Shown piece after piece: positions 12,301 through 25,845 of a stretch of 64,000 bases of DNA. The position numbers were made by a program, and so were the translations under genes. The notes beneath the pieces were generated by a model. It did not search any database. It was given only the letters and a program-made list of their open reading frames with translations, and was not told the DNA's origin. How positions within the stretch are numbered: the first letter of the stretch is position 1; each line of letters starts with the position of its first letter. Source of the DNA: Balanoglossus misakiensis (Eukaryota; Animalia; Hemichordata); the NCBI GenBank assembly GCA_040954595.2, contig CM082590.2:310001-374000 (forward strand), given 5' to 3'.

Positions 12301-15300
12301 GGTTTGGAATGAATCTGTTTCTCTGAAGGAGGGACATTATTGTCTGGACATTCCATTCAAAGACTCCATAGCAAAATTGCCCTGTAATAGAAGATTAGCA
12401 GAAAGAAGACTGCAGAGTCTGGGGAGAAGACTGGCAAAGAACCAGCAACTACACCAAAAGTACAATGAAGGCATTCAAGACCTGATCAACAAAGGTTATG
12501 CAGAGCGAGTGCCACCAGATCAGATGGATCCACCAGAAGGATGCGAGTGGTATTTGCCACATCATAATGTGGTACATCCTGATAAGCCAGACAAATTTCG
12601 GATCGTATTTGATTGCGCTGCAGAATATGCAGGCACTTCCCTCAACAAACAGGTACATCAGGGACCAGATCTTACCAACAACCTGATAGGAGTGCTTCTA
12701 CGCTTTAGGGAAAAGCCAGTCGCCATTATGGGAGACATAGACGGTATGTTCCATCAGGTGAAAGTACCCGACAAACATAGAGATGTCCTGAGATTTCTAT
12801 GGTGGAAAGACGGTGAGATAGGTGCCGAGCTAGAAATCCTCCGAATGACAGTTCACCTATTTGGAGGAATTTGGAGTCCAAGCTGTGCCAGTTACGCCCT
12901 GAGAAGGACAGCAGAAGACTATACATCAGACTTTGCTCCCAAAGTGATAGATATGGTGAACAGAGATTTCTATGTGGATGATTACCTTGGATCTTTGAAT
13001 TCAGAGGACGAAGCCATACAAGTGATAGACGATCTGAGCGAGTTGTTGTTCAGAGGGGGGTTTCGTCTGACAAAATGGTCCTCGAACAGCAAGAATGTCA
13101 TCCAATCGGTACCAGTAAATGATCGTGCCAAGACGGTAAAGAGTCTCGATTTGGACAGTGATGCTTTACCTGTGGAGCGTGCATTGGGCACTCACTGGGA
13201 TACCGAAACTGATATGTTTGGTATCAAAATACGGGAAAAGGTTCCAGTATTCACTCGTCGTGGACTATTGAGAATCACCAGCTCCGTGTACGATCCCCTT
13301 GGATTTGTAAGTCCATATATCCTCCAGGCAAAGAAGATATTCCAAGATGAGTGTAAACGTGGAAAAGCTTGGGATGACGATATTGATCCTGTGAATTCCC
13401 AGAAGTGGAAAACATGGCTGATGGGATTGCCTGAGCTGGAAAGGATCAAGGTACCGCGATGTCTTATACCAGCTGGGTTTGGTAAAGTGGTGCGCAGGCA
13501 ACTGCATCACTTTGGAGATGCTTCAGAAGATGCCTACGGTGTTACTTCTTACTTGAGAATAGAAAATGCTGAGAAGAGAGTCCATTGTGCTCTTGTGATA
13601 GCCAAGTCCAGGTTGGCCCCTATACATCAGATCACAATTCCTAGACTTGAGTTGTGTGCAGCAGTAACAGCCGTAAGGATGGACAGTCTTCTGAGAAGCG
13701 AGCTTCAGATGTCCTTGGAAGAATCAGTATTCTGGACTGACAGTACAACCATCCTTCATTACATCTGGAGCAAGACAAAAAGGTTCCAAACCTTTGTGGC
13801 CAACAGGTTGGCCATAATCCATGAAGGTTCCATCCCAACCTAGTGGCGATATGTCAGCTCAAAGGAAAACCCAGCAGATGATGCATCGAGGGGATTAACT
13901 GCACAGGCCATTTTGGAAAGACGGAGATGGAACAACGGCCCTGAGTTTCTGTGGAAAAATCAAAATAGTTGGCCATCTATGCCTGTATACTGTCCTACTA
14001 TGTTAGACGGTGACAGTGAAGTGAAGAAAGAAACAAAAGCGTACTCTGCTGTTGTGAAGCAAGAAGAGTTAGACGCGGTCAATCAACTGCTGTGTTACTA
14101 CTCGACCTGGTTCCGACTTCGTAAAGCTGTGGCATGGTACAGAAAATTCGGTCAGTGGTTGCGACGTGGGAAACCAAAATTTGACAAGTTTCTCACGGTA
14201 GCAGAGCTTCAGGGTGCTGAGAAAGCCATTCTGAGATACACTCAGAAAATGAGCTATTCAGCAGAGATACAGTCTCTGAAGGCAGGAAGACCGATAGAAA
14301 AGAAGAGTTGTATATACAGCTTGGAGCCATTCTATGACTGTGATGGCCTACTGAAGATCAAGGGGAGATTGGAAAGAGCACCAATAGCAGATACAGCAAA
14401 ACATCCCATCATTGTTCCGAGAGAACATCATATTGCAAAACTTCTGGTTAGAGATGTTCACGCGTGGGAATCTCACCATGGCGGTCGAGAATTTGTGATG
14501 TCTCTTTTACGCCGGAAGTATTGGATACCAACGAGCACGCCCTTTAGTGAAGAGAGTTTTGGGAGGATGTGTCGTCTGCAGGCGTCTTAAAGGAGAGTTC
14601 CAGAAACAAAGAATGGCAGATCTACCAGTTGACAGAGTCACTCCTCAGTGTGCCCCATTTGCTTACACAGGAGTTGACTGTTTTGGTCCATTCTTTGTGA
14701 AGAGAGGAAGATCACAAGAGAAAAGATATGGATGCTTGTTCACGTGCTTGACCATGAGGGCAATACACATTGAAAAGCTGCATTCCCTAGATGGAGATTC
14801 GTTCATAAATGCCCTGATGAGGTTTATTGCCAGAAGAGGTAAACCCAAGAAGATCCGTTCGGACAATGGGACTAACTTTGTCGGCGGGAACAAAGAATTG
14901 AGAGAATCAATCAAGAAGTGGGATAATAGCCAGAGTACCAGGCAGGAGCTATTGATCCGTGAGATTGAATGGGAATTCAATCCACCAACTGCGTCACATA
15001 TGGGAGGAGTTTGGGAGCGGCAAATTCGTACTGTACGTTCCATTCTCGTGTCCTTGCTGAGAAACCAAGTTCTAGATGATGAAAGACTAGACACCATATT
15101 TGCAGAAGTAGAGAATGTAGTGAACACTCGTCCACTCACAGTCGTGTCAGATGACAGCAGAGACTCACCTGTACTGACACCGAACACCCTATTGCGCCCT
15201 GGTGAAGGCCATGTATCACCGCCAGGTATTTTTGGATGCAGAGATGCCTATGGAAAACGCTGGCGGCATGTGCAGTTTGTGGTGAATGAGTTTTGGCGGC

Positions 15301-15563
15301 GTTGGGTGAAGGAATACCTTCCTACTTTGATGAATCGTTCAAAGTGGCTCACAAAAAGGCGTAACATCCAGGTTGGAGATGTGGTGATCCTCATCGATGA
15401 ATCACAACCCAGAATGCATTGGCCATTGGCTCGAGTGAAGAAGGTTTTCCAAGCCAAGGATGGAGCTGTTCGGTCGGTTGAGGTGAAAACTGCATATGCG
15501 GACAATGTATGCAGACCTATTTCGAAGATCTGCTTACTGGAAGCTACAAGTGAAAAGGACTAG
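9320..15563 (+). pseudogene. BEL/Pao Gag-Pol polyprotein with one premature stop and one frameshift
   Basis: Contains DUF1759-like Gag, three Cys/His knuckles, protease ALLDSGS, RT FYVDD, Pao RNase H HFGDASEDAYG, integrase GVDCFGP/SDNGTNF/GVWERQIR and a DUF5641-like tail. A TAG at 13841-13843 interrupts SIPT*WRYVSSKENPADDASRG, and there is a frameshift near 14530. Confidence 0.95.
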
Positions 15564-16107
15564 ATGAACAATTGACATTTCAGTATTGCCAAAACAATGA
15601 AATTTGTTGAAAATAGTCACAAATTACATTAACAAAAGGAAAAAGTAATCAGTCCGTTCAGTTTAAAGTATATTTAATCAGGATTGTGTTTGATTTGTTT
15701 GACGTTGCAGAGGTGTCATTTCATTGTGTGTTTCAAAGCAAGTTTGTTGTTTGGTTTCTTGTTGAAAGTATTGTAGTACTTTGGAAATGCTTACCCGTAA
15801 GGACGCATTTGGGGGGCGGCGTGTTACGGCCAAAATTGAGCCGTGTGAATTTTGTGAACGTTTGAGTTCGATTGCAAGACATTAGGTTTTTCTTTTTGTT
15901 CACTTGTTCGCGACGCGTACGTCAAGCACAGATTATTTATGGAACATTACGTCATCGGGTTTGAGCATTCTAGATTGACATAGATGTAGTTGTTTATGTA
16001 GTACACTGATCGCCTGGGTCTCCGGAACATTATTATTTGTCTTTTCGATCAACGCCAGATTGCTTATTTACAGTTCAAAACCAGTACAAAGCTGCGTGAG
16101 AACATCT

Positions 16108-16793
16108 ATAGGGGGGGTTACACGTGCCTGTTTACTCCGGACCTGACACCGGATTAAATTTAACCCGGTGTCAGTTTGACGTGTGACCAGACAACTCCGG
16201 ACTAACACCGCATTAAAATAATCCGGAGTCGGAGGGGTGGTTCAGGTACGGTGCGCCGTCTTAAACAATGACCTCTTCACACGTGTGACCCGATCGCCGA
16301 ACTAAACACCGCACTAAATCTTGTCTTCCGGCTCGCGGTCATTACCACGATGGACAGCGTTCAAGCAAGATGCTCCCGCGATCGCGGCAACAATTGGTCA
16401 GATGACGAAGTCAAACTACTGATTTCAATCTGGAAAGACGAAAACGTTATCCGTATGATGGACGGCACGTCGAGGGATAGGCGAGTGTATGAGGTCATCG
16501 CTGCCAAGGCCAGGGAGAAGGGACTCGACAGAACCGCGGAGCAATGTCACAACAAAATCAAACGGTTGCGAAACCAATACAAAACTGTTTCCGACCACAA
16601 CCGTCGTTTTGGCGATTGTGGTTAAGTTGAGTTAGCCCAGTGAATACTGCTGAGGGCGCTTGACCCGAACTAAATTTAGAGCTTGTAAATTGACGTGTAA
16701 ACGAGAGTTCTCCTAAGTCGCTGATAAGGAATGTTTACAGAGCGACAAATCCGATCAACTCAGGTTTAAAATTATTCACGTGTAACCCCAGCA
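16108..16793 (+). mobile_element. Non-autonomous PIF/Harbinger-like element inside the 3' LTR
   Basis: TIRs GGGGTTACACGTG / CACGTGTAACCCC, CCGG-rich subterminal repeats and a Myb/SANT ORF. No clean TSD. Confidence 0.75.
16350..16625 (+). CDS. Myb/SANT-like (trihelix) DNA-binding domain, Harbinger accessory-protein type, truncated
   Basis: NWSDDEVKLLISIW...VYEVIAAKAREKGLDRTAEQCHNKIKRLRNQYK fits the Myb_DNA-bind_4 pattern W..E...LI..W...RT..QC..KIK.L...Y. Confidence 0.8.
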   Translation: MDSVQARCSRDRGNNWSDDEVKLLISIWKDENVIRMMDGTSRDRRVYEVIAAKAREKGLDRTAEQCHNKIKRLRNQYKTVSDHNRRFGDCG

Positions 16794-17739
16794 TTTGTTA
16801 GAATCGCAGCTTTCCACAGCTATAACACAGTTTGTACGTAATTTGATCGCAGCATAGTTTGATTTGTGTGTGAGGAGAGAAAGTGAGAACTATCGGAGTC
16901 TAGATTAGGTAACGGGGCAACTGGCGGACAAAGTTAACGGGACCCTGCTCTGGCGACAGTGGCTACCACAGACGTTAAACTTGTTGTTCGACCACAGAAG
17001 TTGCTGAATAAAGTTCGGTATGTTATAGCCAAACAAGCTGTGATATCTGACATTTGTACATCACGCAGCAAATTATCGTCGATTTCAACCGTAATATTGT
17101 GTCCTCCGGTGTAATTTTTATGAGTTTGGAATCAGAGACGCCAATTATCTTTTGGTCAACTCTGTTAACAGTCGCCAAAATTGCTGGAGTCGAACTGATC
17201 TTAGGTATCAAGACATATGGTCGATTATTAACGTTTCAGCAATTCGACTAAAGTTTCTTTAATTTCCTATGGCATTTTGACAAACATCAACGCCCCGAAA
17301 AAACGTTGTCAACTCTGCGGTCGTGATTGTGGTCGAAACAAAGCCGACATTTTCGCATGGTTCGTTACCCGGGGTCCATTTAGATTGCATTGCGTTTGAG
17401 GCCCTATGTGTATATCTGTCGACCAATAAACGCAACGACCGCGGACTCAGTTTGGATCAACGCCTATTTCGGGCAGTGGACTCTCCTATCAAGTTGATAA
17501 GGAAATTTTACCAGTCACGAGTAAGCCAAGCCCACATCCGTGTGCAATTCGAATATATCGGTGATCTGTTTATATGATTATCATTTGCTAAGGTGGTAAA
17601 CTGTTGTGATTTAATCCGAGAACAAAGGGATTAAAAGTTGCACCTTTAAATTGTATTTTGATAACTTACTTACCCCTATAAGTAGTTTAGTAACCACAAT
17701 ATCTTTGCAAATCATTCTTTCCACAGTTCCTTGTATTAA

Positions 17740-18086
17740 AGGGACAAAGTCTCTCTCTCGGTGCCCTTTTCCCATTAATTATGTTTGATACAAGACACTG
17801 TTTATGTTAATGTACATGTGGATATATAGTGAATCAACGTTCAACCACACACAACTTCCATCTCGTTTGTAGGATATGAGAGTAAAAACCCGCCCAAAAT
17901 GAATAAATGGTAAAGAACGACTATTCATTTTGGCGAGTTTTTTCACTCTCATGTCTATAAGGGGGATGGAAGTTGTGTGTGGTTGAACGTTCATTCACTA
18001 TATATCCACATGTAGAATAACAAACGTTGTCTCTTATCAAATATAATTAATGGAAAAAAGGGCAGCGAGAGAGAGACTTTGTCCCT
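17740..18086. mobile_element. Kolobok-type palindromic MITE
   Basis: TTAA TSDs; TIR AGGGACAAAGTCTCTCTCTCG; fully foldback. A truncated end also occurs near 31165. Confidence 0.8.
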
Positions 18087-20247
18087 TTAAATATAGTAAT
18101 CTAAATTTATTTTGGTGTTTACAGTTGTGATTTGGTGGGTGAAATTATCTGTATTGGTGGCCATTTTGAAAAATTGGTTGCCATGGAAACTCATCAACAG
18201 ATATTTAGTGGCTCGCTATCTGAATTTGTTTAGTACACATTAACACACATCTGAGCCAAGTTTGGTGCTTTTATCACAAAATGCACAATCGCTATGAAAA
18301 TTAGGGTTTGGCCGCTCCACTATAGTGAGATCGAGAAATGGGAAATGTCAGAATATGACCATATATTTGTGTGGATGATCAGTGACGTACATATTGAAGG
18401 ACAAAGCCCTTTTTCGCAGTGCTTGCCAATAAAACACCACAGCTCAGTTTACTAGCGAATCAGTGTAGTCAGGCTGTCTGTGCAAGAACAGTGAATGATG
18501 TGCATCGCTTTTGACTGCACTGCCCAATTATCGCATCAACTTCTTTATCTCTGCGTTTGATTCGATGAGATTTGAGGAAAAAACGGTCTGCTTACGAAGT
18601 GATTTATTTAAGCAAAATCCATCCAGCGGTTGTACAAGTCACGCAATAAAGTATGGAAGGTATTCCGCAATTACATAGGTACGGCAGTTAGTGCAGTGAG
18701 ACGTTGACTGTTGTATTATACAATGTAATTTATAGTGTTTGAAATTGACAAGACTGGAGGTTGTAATCAACAACATCACTCCGTTGACGTAAACACCTTT
18801 GGTTTTTTTGTGTCAATGTAATAATAGTTCACCTCTGAAATGTAATTCTTGAACCAAGATGACAAGTGGGAATGAAGAGGGCAGTTTACTTTCAGTGCAT
18901 GTGTTGGGATGTAAAGATAAAAAAAATTATAGGACACACAAGAAAGAAAGATTTCATACCAATTGTGTTTTAGTTGGAAAAGTTAAAAATCATAAATAAT
19001 TTGTTTCAACATTATTGCAAACTGGCTAATACTGTCAGATACTTTAAACTTCACAGTAGCTATTTCAGGCTGTGAAATTTCTTTGATGTGAAATTTGGGC
19101 TTAAAAGCGAAACTTTTACTTGAACTTGCAGTTTCTACGAATTTATCCCATGTTACTAAGCAGAAGTGGGAAAAAACTGTTGTAGAGTTTTATCAGAGGA
19201 ATACTTTTGTGAAAAACAGAATTTCTGTGTATTCTGCCATAAATTCCAACAATTTTTCTGGTACAGTTGCCTATTCCCTGACAGGTGCAGATCTAAATCC
19301 TTCTTGATTGTTCTTTATAATTTGCCAATTATTTTGTTGTTGATGGCTTGAGGACTCTATATCAAGGAGGATGTATAAAAAGTGATTGGCAATTTTATAC
19401 AATTTTCACATGACCAGCCATATAGTAAAGTATCATTTTTGGTACATTTTCCCAGTTTTGCTGGTTGGAGTCTGTCCAAGTATCAAAAAGTACCATATAA
19501 ATAACATTGTTAAACCAACAGCATTTTCAATGTGGACACCCCCTCCCACACCGACCCCCTCCATTCTTGACACCAGTTATTGCAACTTTGCGCTACATAT
19601 TTTACAAAATTTTCTTATGTGGGAGGGGGGACACCCCCTCCCACACCGACCCCCTCCATTCTTTGCCACATTGCATTTATTCACTGTAATGTTTACTAGG
19701 ATTGGGCAGAAATTCCTGACACCAGTTATTGCATCTAACAATTTTTTTCTTTGTCAATATCTTTAATGTCTTGCAAGCCACATGTACCAAAATCTAATCA
19801 GTTTTAGCCATTGCAGAACTGAAACTATGTACTTCACTAACCACCTCAATAGCATTGATAAATTGAAAGAAGTTATTTTGTAATTTTTGCAAGATTTTTA
19901 TGAATAAGAAAGTATTTATATGGAAATGTCGTTTTTAAGTAGAGACAAATTTCTGATCATCCATGAAACTCTATATTCTAATATAAAATCTCTTTTAATG
20001 AAAACATAAGGCAGTATAAGATGTGACACTGTTATCTTTCAAATCTTTTTGTTACATTTTGTTAGGTAAAAAATATTAAATATTTTCCCTGAATTATTTC
20101 ATATTTGTCATAAAATCTGTATTCACCGTTGATAGAGCTCTGATACACACACATCATATATGCTTATGTAGTATTCATTGCAGGAAAGTACAGCTGTAAA
20201 AATTGTATATCCTAGAGTTTCTTTGTTGCCATTTGTCAATTTACTCT

Positions 20248-20690
20248 TAGCCCGGAGACCAGGGCGTCGATTCTAGAAAGGAGACGCCTGGTGACAGTCT
20301 CTCTTTACGCACAGAATTCTGTGCGTAGAACGACACGGGTGGTAAATCTTGCGTGTATTAAGCTAATTGGTCACTCAATGTAAACCAAATGACATCATCG
20401 CATTCTAAATAAGGAAATAGAGGTGGAGTCACCAAGTTATCATGTGTGAAATTCCCCCCCGATGGGATGTGGGAGTGATTTTGAAGGTGTATGAATATTC
20501 ATAACCAAGCTTTGTTAATTATATCATCCAACTACTGGGGCCCGTCAACATTTGATAGATCACTCGTTATCCATTCGTTACTAAGCGACCCTGATCGTTG
20601 CCAGGGCTACTATCTTTCAGCTCAGCAGGACATTGCTAGACTGTCACCGGGCGTTGGAATTCTAGAATCGACGCCTTGGTCTCCAGGCTA
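20248..20690. mobile_element. Non-autonomous DNA transposon with 9-bp TSD
   Basis: TIRs TAGCC(C/T)GGAGACCA of about 50 bp; TSD ATTTACTCT at 20239-20247 and 20691-20699. Confidence 0.85.
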
Positions 20691-22956
20691 ATTTACTCTC
20701 ATTCCATGGGAGGTTTCCACTTACGCTGAGGTTTTACACAGTGCAGTGCTGGCATTTCTGAGAGTTTTAGCAAGCCACAAGTAGGTGGGAAATTGCAACA
20801 TGACAAAGGCAGGCGTGTATTGAGATTGCTAGTGATGGGGACCACCCCTAGGAATTTACACATTGCTATGACTGGATGTGAAAATATCACAAAAGAGAGA
20901 AAAAACATGCAGAGTGAAATATTTAAGCAGAATCTGTTGCCAAATTTAGTAGAATGGTACTAGACATGTAGGTGAAAACTGTTCGTACTCAAAACAGTGT
21001 AAGTAACCATGCATGTCAGGTTTTCTCTGGCAGGTACATGTACTCCACAGGACACAGAGAGCGAAATAATTTCAGGAAAATTTGAACTAGACCGATGAAA
21101 AGCAACAGAGTGTCGGTCAAATGTACACGGAAAATACAAAATGTGTTTTCCAATCAACAAGTTCAAACCACAGAATATTTGTAATGCCGTCGTTTGTTAT
21201 TGATGTCCCGTTTATGGTCGCTTTTGTACTCGGCCTAGTACTTCATCACTGCCATGCTGAAATCATTGGAGTCTTCTAGTCTGTGTTCGCCAGAAGAGTT
21301 TTGCTGTTTTTCAAATCAATGATTGCCTACAGCATTCATTTTCTAAACGACTGTCCCAGTTTGGCTTAGATGTATACATACAGCTGTTGAACATCCCTGA
21401 ACTTTGTCTGTGTCGAGTCTTGTTCTTGGGTAAAGTTCAAATGGTGGTAATTTGAAAATCAGATTCCCTTTCAGTCTGATCTCAGCCTATTAAAATTCGC
21501 CTAAACCTTACAACAGAGAGCCTCGTTTTCACTTCTATCCAATATGGCGGCCTACCGAAAACTTGAAACCTGCATGCTGGCATGAAAAGAGGTGTACACG
21601 CTTCAATTTTGGGTGACAAGGTTCGTTTTCCATCGATTATTGTCTAAATGGATGTTATCTTACGCTTTATGACGCTTGTTTTAGCTATAATAAATTATTT
21701 TGAAACCCTGCATACTGGCGATGTGGCAGTGACTGGATCGTACGATGTTATGCATGTGAATGCTAATGTTTGAGAAGCGATACAGAAATTAGAGGGTCTT
21801 GAGCAGAGGCGTAAATACGGTTTTTCACAGGGTCTATGTATTAGCTATAACTGTGCCAAGTTTGGTTTGCCTACAGTGAAGCACATTGACGCGGGGCAGT
21901 GTTGAATGTGACTTCTCAAGCAACATACTATATGTATAGGACCTGCGTAAGGGTGTTTCGATTGCGTAACACGGAAACTTGGCAGATCAAATCACAGTCC
22001 CCGGCAGTCTGCCGGGACTTTACACTGAACATAACATTGCAGATGAGTTATGAGACAATCAATGCTCGATAACAGCCTAGGTTTTGACAATGGATATTCA
22101 TGTGTTTTAGAGATTAACCCGGATAAGTGGGTAGAGTTGACTTTTCAGAGCCCTCTGACTCAGAGCCCCTCAGAGCCCTCTGAAGTTTCAGAACCTCAGA
22201 ACATTGAGACCTTAAGTTGCGAGAAGGAGTATATTGATTAACCATGTTAGAAATGTACTCCAGGGTAAGGCCATGAGTTTCTTTACTACTGAATATCATT
22301 ACCTGATTAGCCTGTAGGAAAGCCAGCCCTAGGAGTCTGGTAGCCAGTTCGTGTGGGGTTGGTTAAAGATGGGCAGCGATAAGTGAGTTGCCTGTCTTTG
22401 TAGCAATGCTCTCAAACACAGCAGTCAACAACTTGTAGGACAGTTTATCACCAGTGATACCTCCCTGCAGTGTGAATAAAAATATTGCCATTTACTTTGT
22501 AATATATCCAAAATCAGAAAAGGGCATACTGGTAAATGTTATCTGCATTATTATGAAGGCATTTTTACATTCCTGGATCACATAAGCTTGTATTGTAAAG
22601 GCTAAAGCTCCGTATGTATTGTAACTTTCCCAGTTGCTGTGTTACAAGAGTTTATTTTCCTCAGGAAGCTTGTTGAAAAAAGGTGTGTTTTATTCGTGTC
22701 TGATATTGGAGTTGTCCCCTTTCCATGTTCATGATTCCACAAACAGAACCAAATCAAATCCATCAGAAATAACATTATCCAGCCTGTGGAAATATCTAAG
22801 TAAAAGGCTAGAGATTATCACTTGTTCTGCATATGACAGAAAATAAATACTGCTAAATACTGGCACAAGTTTGCAGTCCCTTAAACCCCGGTGCAGGGTA
22901 TAAAAAGCCCCCCAAATCAGTTGCGAATCTTAATGCCGTTTGACTGACAAACTTCA

Positions 22957-24240
22957 AGAGTTTATTACACCTATCAAAAAATATTTTTCATTGTTTGACT
23001 GTAAACTAAAATTGCATTCATGATTTGAATTCTGGTGTCGTTTTTTTTTTATTCTCGTCGATGAATAAATGTTATCCTAATAAATGTTCACTCCTTCAAA
23101 AAACTCTCTGTCTGAACGGTCCCGTTACGTGTGACGTCATTGGGGGCTCTCCTTCGCTTTTAGTCTACAATTCATCGCATCGAGAGGCGTACATGTCGTC
23201 TACTTGACTTTTATGGCGTCAACGGTAAACACGGTCAGTGACGAGGCATTTTGTTGGGAGAGTATAAGATTCAGACAGTAGCGATGGAGAGTTTTGGGCT
23301 CTTCGTCGCTGCTTTCAAGGAAATTCCTGTCACAGCCGTATAGATTTGAACCAGCAAGGCGTGAGGTGAGGTCTCTCCTCAACCTGTTCGGGCTGGTGGG
23401 GAATCCGTCGATGTACCGAGCGAAGAAATGCCTGCAAGCGCGGGTCCAGATTCGCCTGAGTCTTCTCGAGTGGGAAATATAGATTGGTGAATAAGCATCA
23501 TTTTATGTTTTTTATTTTACAATAAATATTCAGGGAGTGGTTCAGTGAAACTCAAATATTCTCGTAGCCGATCTGCCTCCCCGATACGGAGGTCTGCGCT
23601 CGTCTGATCACCGATATATACACTAAGAACCCGGTGCGCGGCACTACGCCATGCCGACACGGTCCGTACTAAAACATCATTGCTGACATCTCAGTTGTGA
23701 AAAAAACCAAATGGGACGACAAATTTCATACATAAATATCACAGATAAACTCCCTGTTCACAAGCGACCGGTTACCCAAAACTGGCATAACACCGGTACG
23801 GTTCCATTCATCATTACCTTTACGGTGATGTAGTGACCTTTGGGCCGTTTTGTACGAAGCGCTCCCATTTTTCTCTCAGTCCTTTGCTTTTCGGAAATCT
23901 ATGTACACTACGGATAGTGTTTTTACAGCCCCCGACGACGCATCGTTTGATAATAATGATGGAAACGCGGGACTCTCGCTTTGGGCTAAGCTGTGCAACG
24001 ATATCACTGTTTACATACTGGCAACGACTTCCCCCAATGACGTCATGTCACGTGGTCTATACGCGGCAAATACGAATTGAGATTTTTTCTGAGGGACATG
24101 AATTTCGACGATTTTATTAATGAATCATTAATTATAGAAAACCACAGCCAAAATATAATGTCTTGATTTGGATAAAATGGTTATTTTACTAAATGAATCT
24201 TTTACACTCAAATGAAATAAAAATAGGTGTAATAATTCCT
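22957..24240 (+). mobile_element. Kolobok-type non-autonomous element, copy 1
   Basis: TIRs AGAGTTTATTACACC / GGTGTAATAATTCCT; TSD TTCA on both sides; near-identical inverted copy at 53234-54513. Confidence 0.85.
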
Positions 24241-25845
24241 TTCAACAGACAATGCCAACAGTCCTTTTTCAGTTTGCACTGATTCATGCTTGAGTGGTGC
24301 TTTATCACCGTAATTCATAGCGTCAGTGTCTTCCCATACATCATCTTCTTCTTTATTGCTCATTTTTGTGGTTTGATGCACCGATATTGTCCAGAAAGAA
24401 TGTACTCACTGTCGTACTGTTACACCGCAACAAAGTGTTTCTCACCACACAGACTGTACTGGCCTGTTACAGAGTCTCTTCTCTGTCCAAACAAAAGTTT
24501 TACTATGTAACTGCAACCTACAGACACTTCCTTTGCAGTCCGTTCACTGAGGGAGGCGACTCTTCCAAGTTTACGGGTCCCGTTAGCCTATGCGATGTGG
24601 CTCACCTTGTAGGTCAAATCAAGGTCATCTGTCGATGCGTCACCGCTTAGACAGCCATATACGTGTATACAAAGTCACTACAGTCCAAGTTATGCGAATT
24701 CAAGATGCTGTCCGCATCCTTTAATGTCGCCGGAAAATACTGTAACAACCAACACGTCAAAACGAATACATCCACAAACTGCCTACCGAAAATAGATCCG
24801 CAATAGATCAGTCCAACTGTCGACGTCTACAACCGAACGGTGGCTAATAACATCACAAACAGAACCGTAAAACTTTTGTGTTTTTGGGTCGCCATTCCTC
24901 AGGCCTCGTTTTCAATCTAGAATGACCTCAGAGTAAACCTGAAAGGTCACGAAAGGCGCCCTCTCTGGCAGAAACAAACAAAACTTGAATTTGCCCTCAC
25001 AGCAAACAGAGGGAGGCAAAAACACTAAAACAAGGAAAGGTTTGGCGTCTACAAATACCAATAGGGGCACAAGCCCGATAGGCTTGTGCCCCTAACAATC
25101 TCAACATGATGTCGGCCAACGCAAAATTGTGTTTACGCATCCTGTCAGTTCACCTACTACTACTTGTCTACAGTACTGTGTAAATCGCGGTCGCTGGAAC
25201 ATTGTATGAACACCAATACCGGGTATAAACGATCTGTTGGTCGACCTCTCCTGCTGACAGGCTTCTATTTTCCTGTATGGGTGGGGATTGTCTTCTCGTG
25301 ATTCGAACCTGGCCGATTATCGTTCAACGGTCATGCATTGACAGTTACTGCCGCGGCCGTCACCGGCGCCGCGCCGGCATCATATCCACCGTACGATGTT
25401 GATGATCGTGGCATAGACTTTCATTCGTTTTTGTGGAACTCACACGGGTGACTCCCGTCTAGGTAATGTGTTGCTGCAACCACGGCAAACAACTCCTTTT
25501 CCCATTGTGGTATTACACAGAAAAGCACGAAAACACTGTATGACACCTGTGAGCATCGCTAAAGCTGGTCTACCTGACCGGTTCCTCTTGTGACCTCACG
25601 TCACGTGACCAAAATGCAGCAAATCTGAACTCGGACTTTTCAGGACGGGGTAGATTTTGAAGCATTTTATGAGAACAAAACAAATATTATAGAAATCAGT
25701 ACCCGAAAAATATAGTCACTTTTGGAAAATAGTACATTTCTTTTGAACATTTTTAACCTTCTGATAAGACAAGATAGGCTCTTTAAATCCTCAGGTTTTG
25801 CAGTATGGCCAATACAGTGTATTGTGACAGAGCTGCCTCCACGGC

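Larger units (their letters stand above)
8234..17096 (+). mobile_element. BEL/Pao LTR retrotransposon, full length, recently inserted
   Basis: Near-identical 588-bp LTRs, 5-bp TSD TTGTG (8229-8233 and 17097-17101), PPT GGGGGGCGGCG (15811-15821), and a single gag-pol region. Confidence 0.96.
15822..17096 (+). repeat. 3' LTR of BEL/Pao element, interrupted by a 0.69-kb insertion
   Basis: Matches the 5' LTR on both sides of 16108-16793; I saw one substitution. Confidence 0.93.
2221..18322. mobile_element. Academ-like TIR element, expanded to 16.1 kb by nested insertions
   Basis: Roughly 200-bp inverted ends TAG(C/T)GGAGCGGCCAAACCC (2221-2410, second copy 2551-2735) versus 18120-18322. A 3-bp TSD TAG lies at 2218-2220 and 18323-18325. 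Confidence 0.7.

Noticed and set aside
25290-25370. tRNA-like B box (GGTTCGAATC on the minus strand)
   Set aside because: I could not build a cloverleaf; at most a decayed SINE head.
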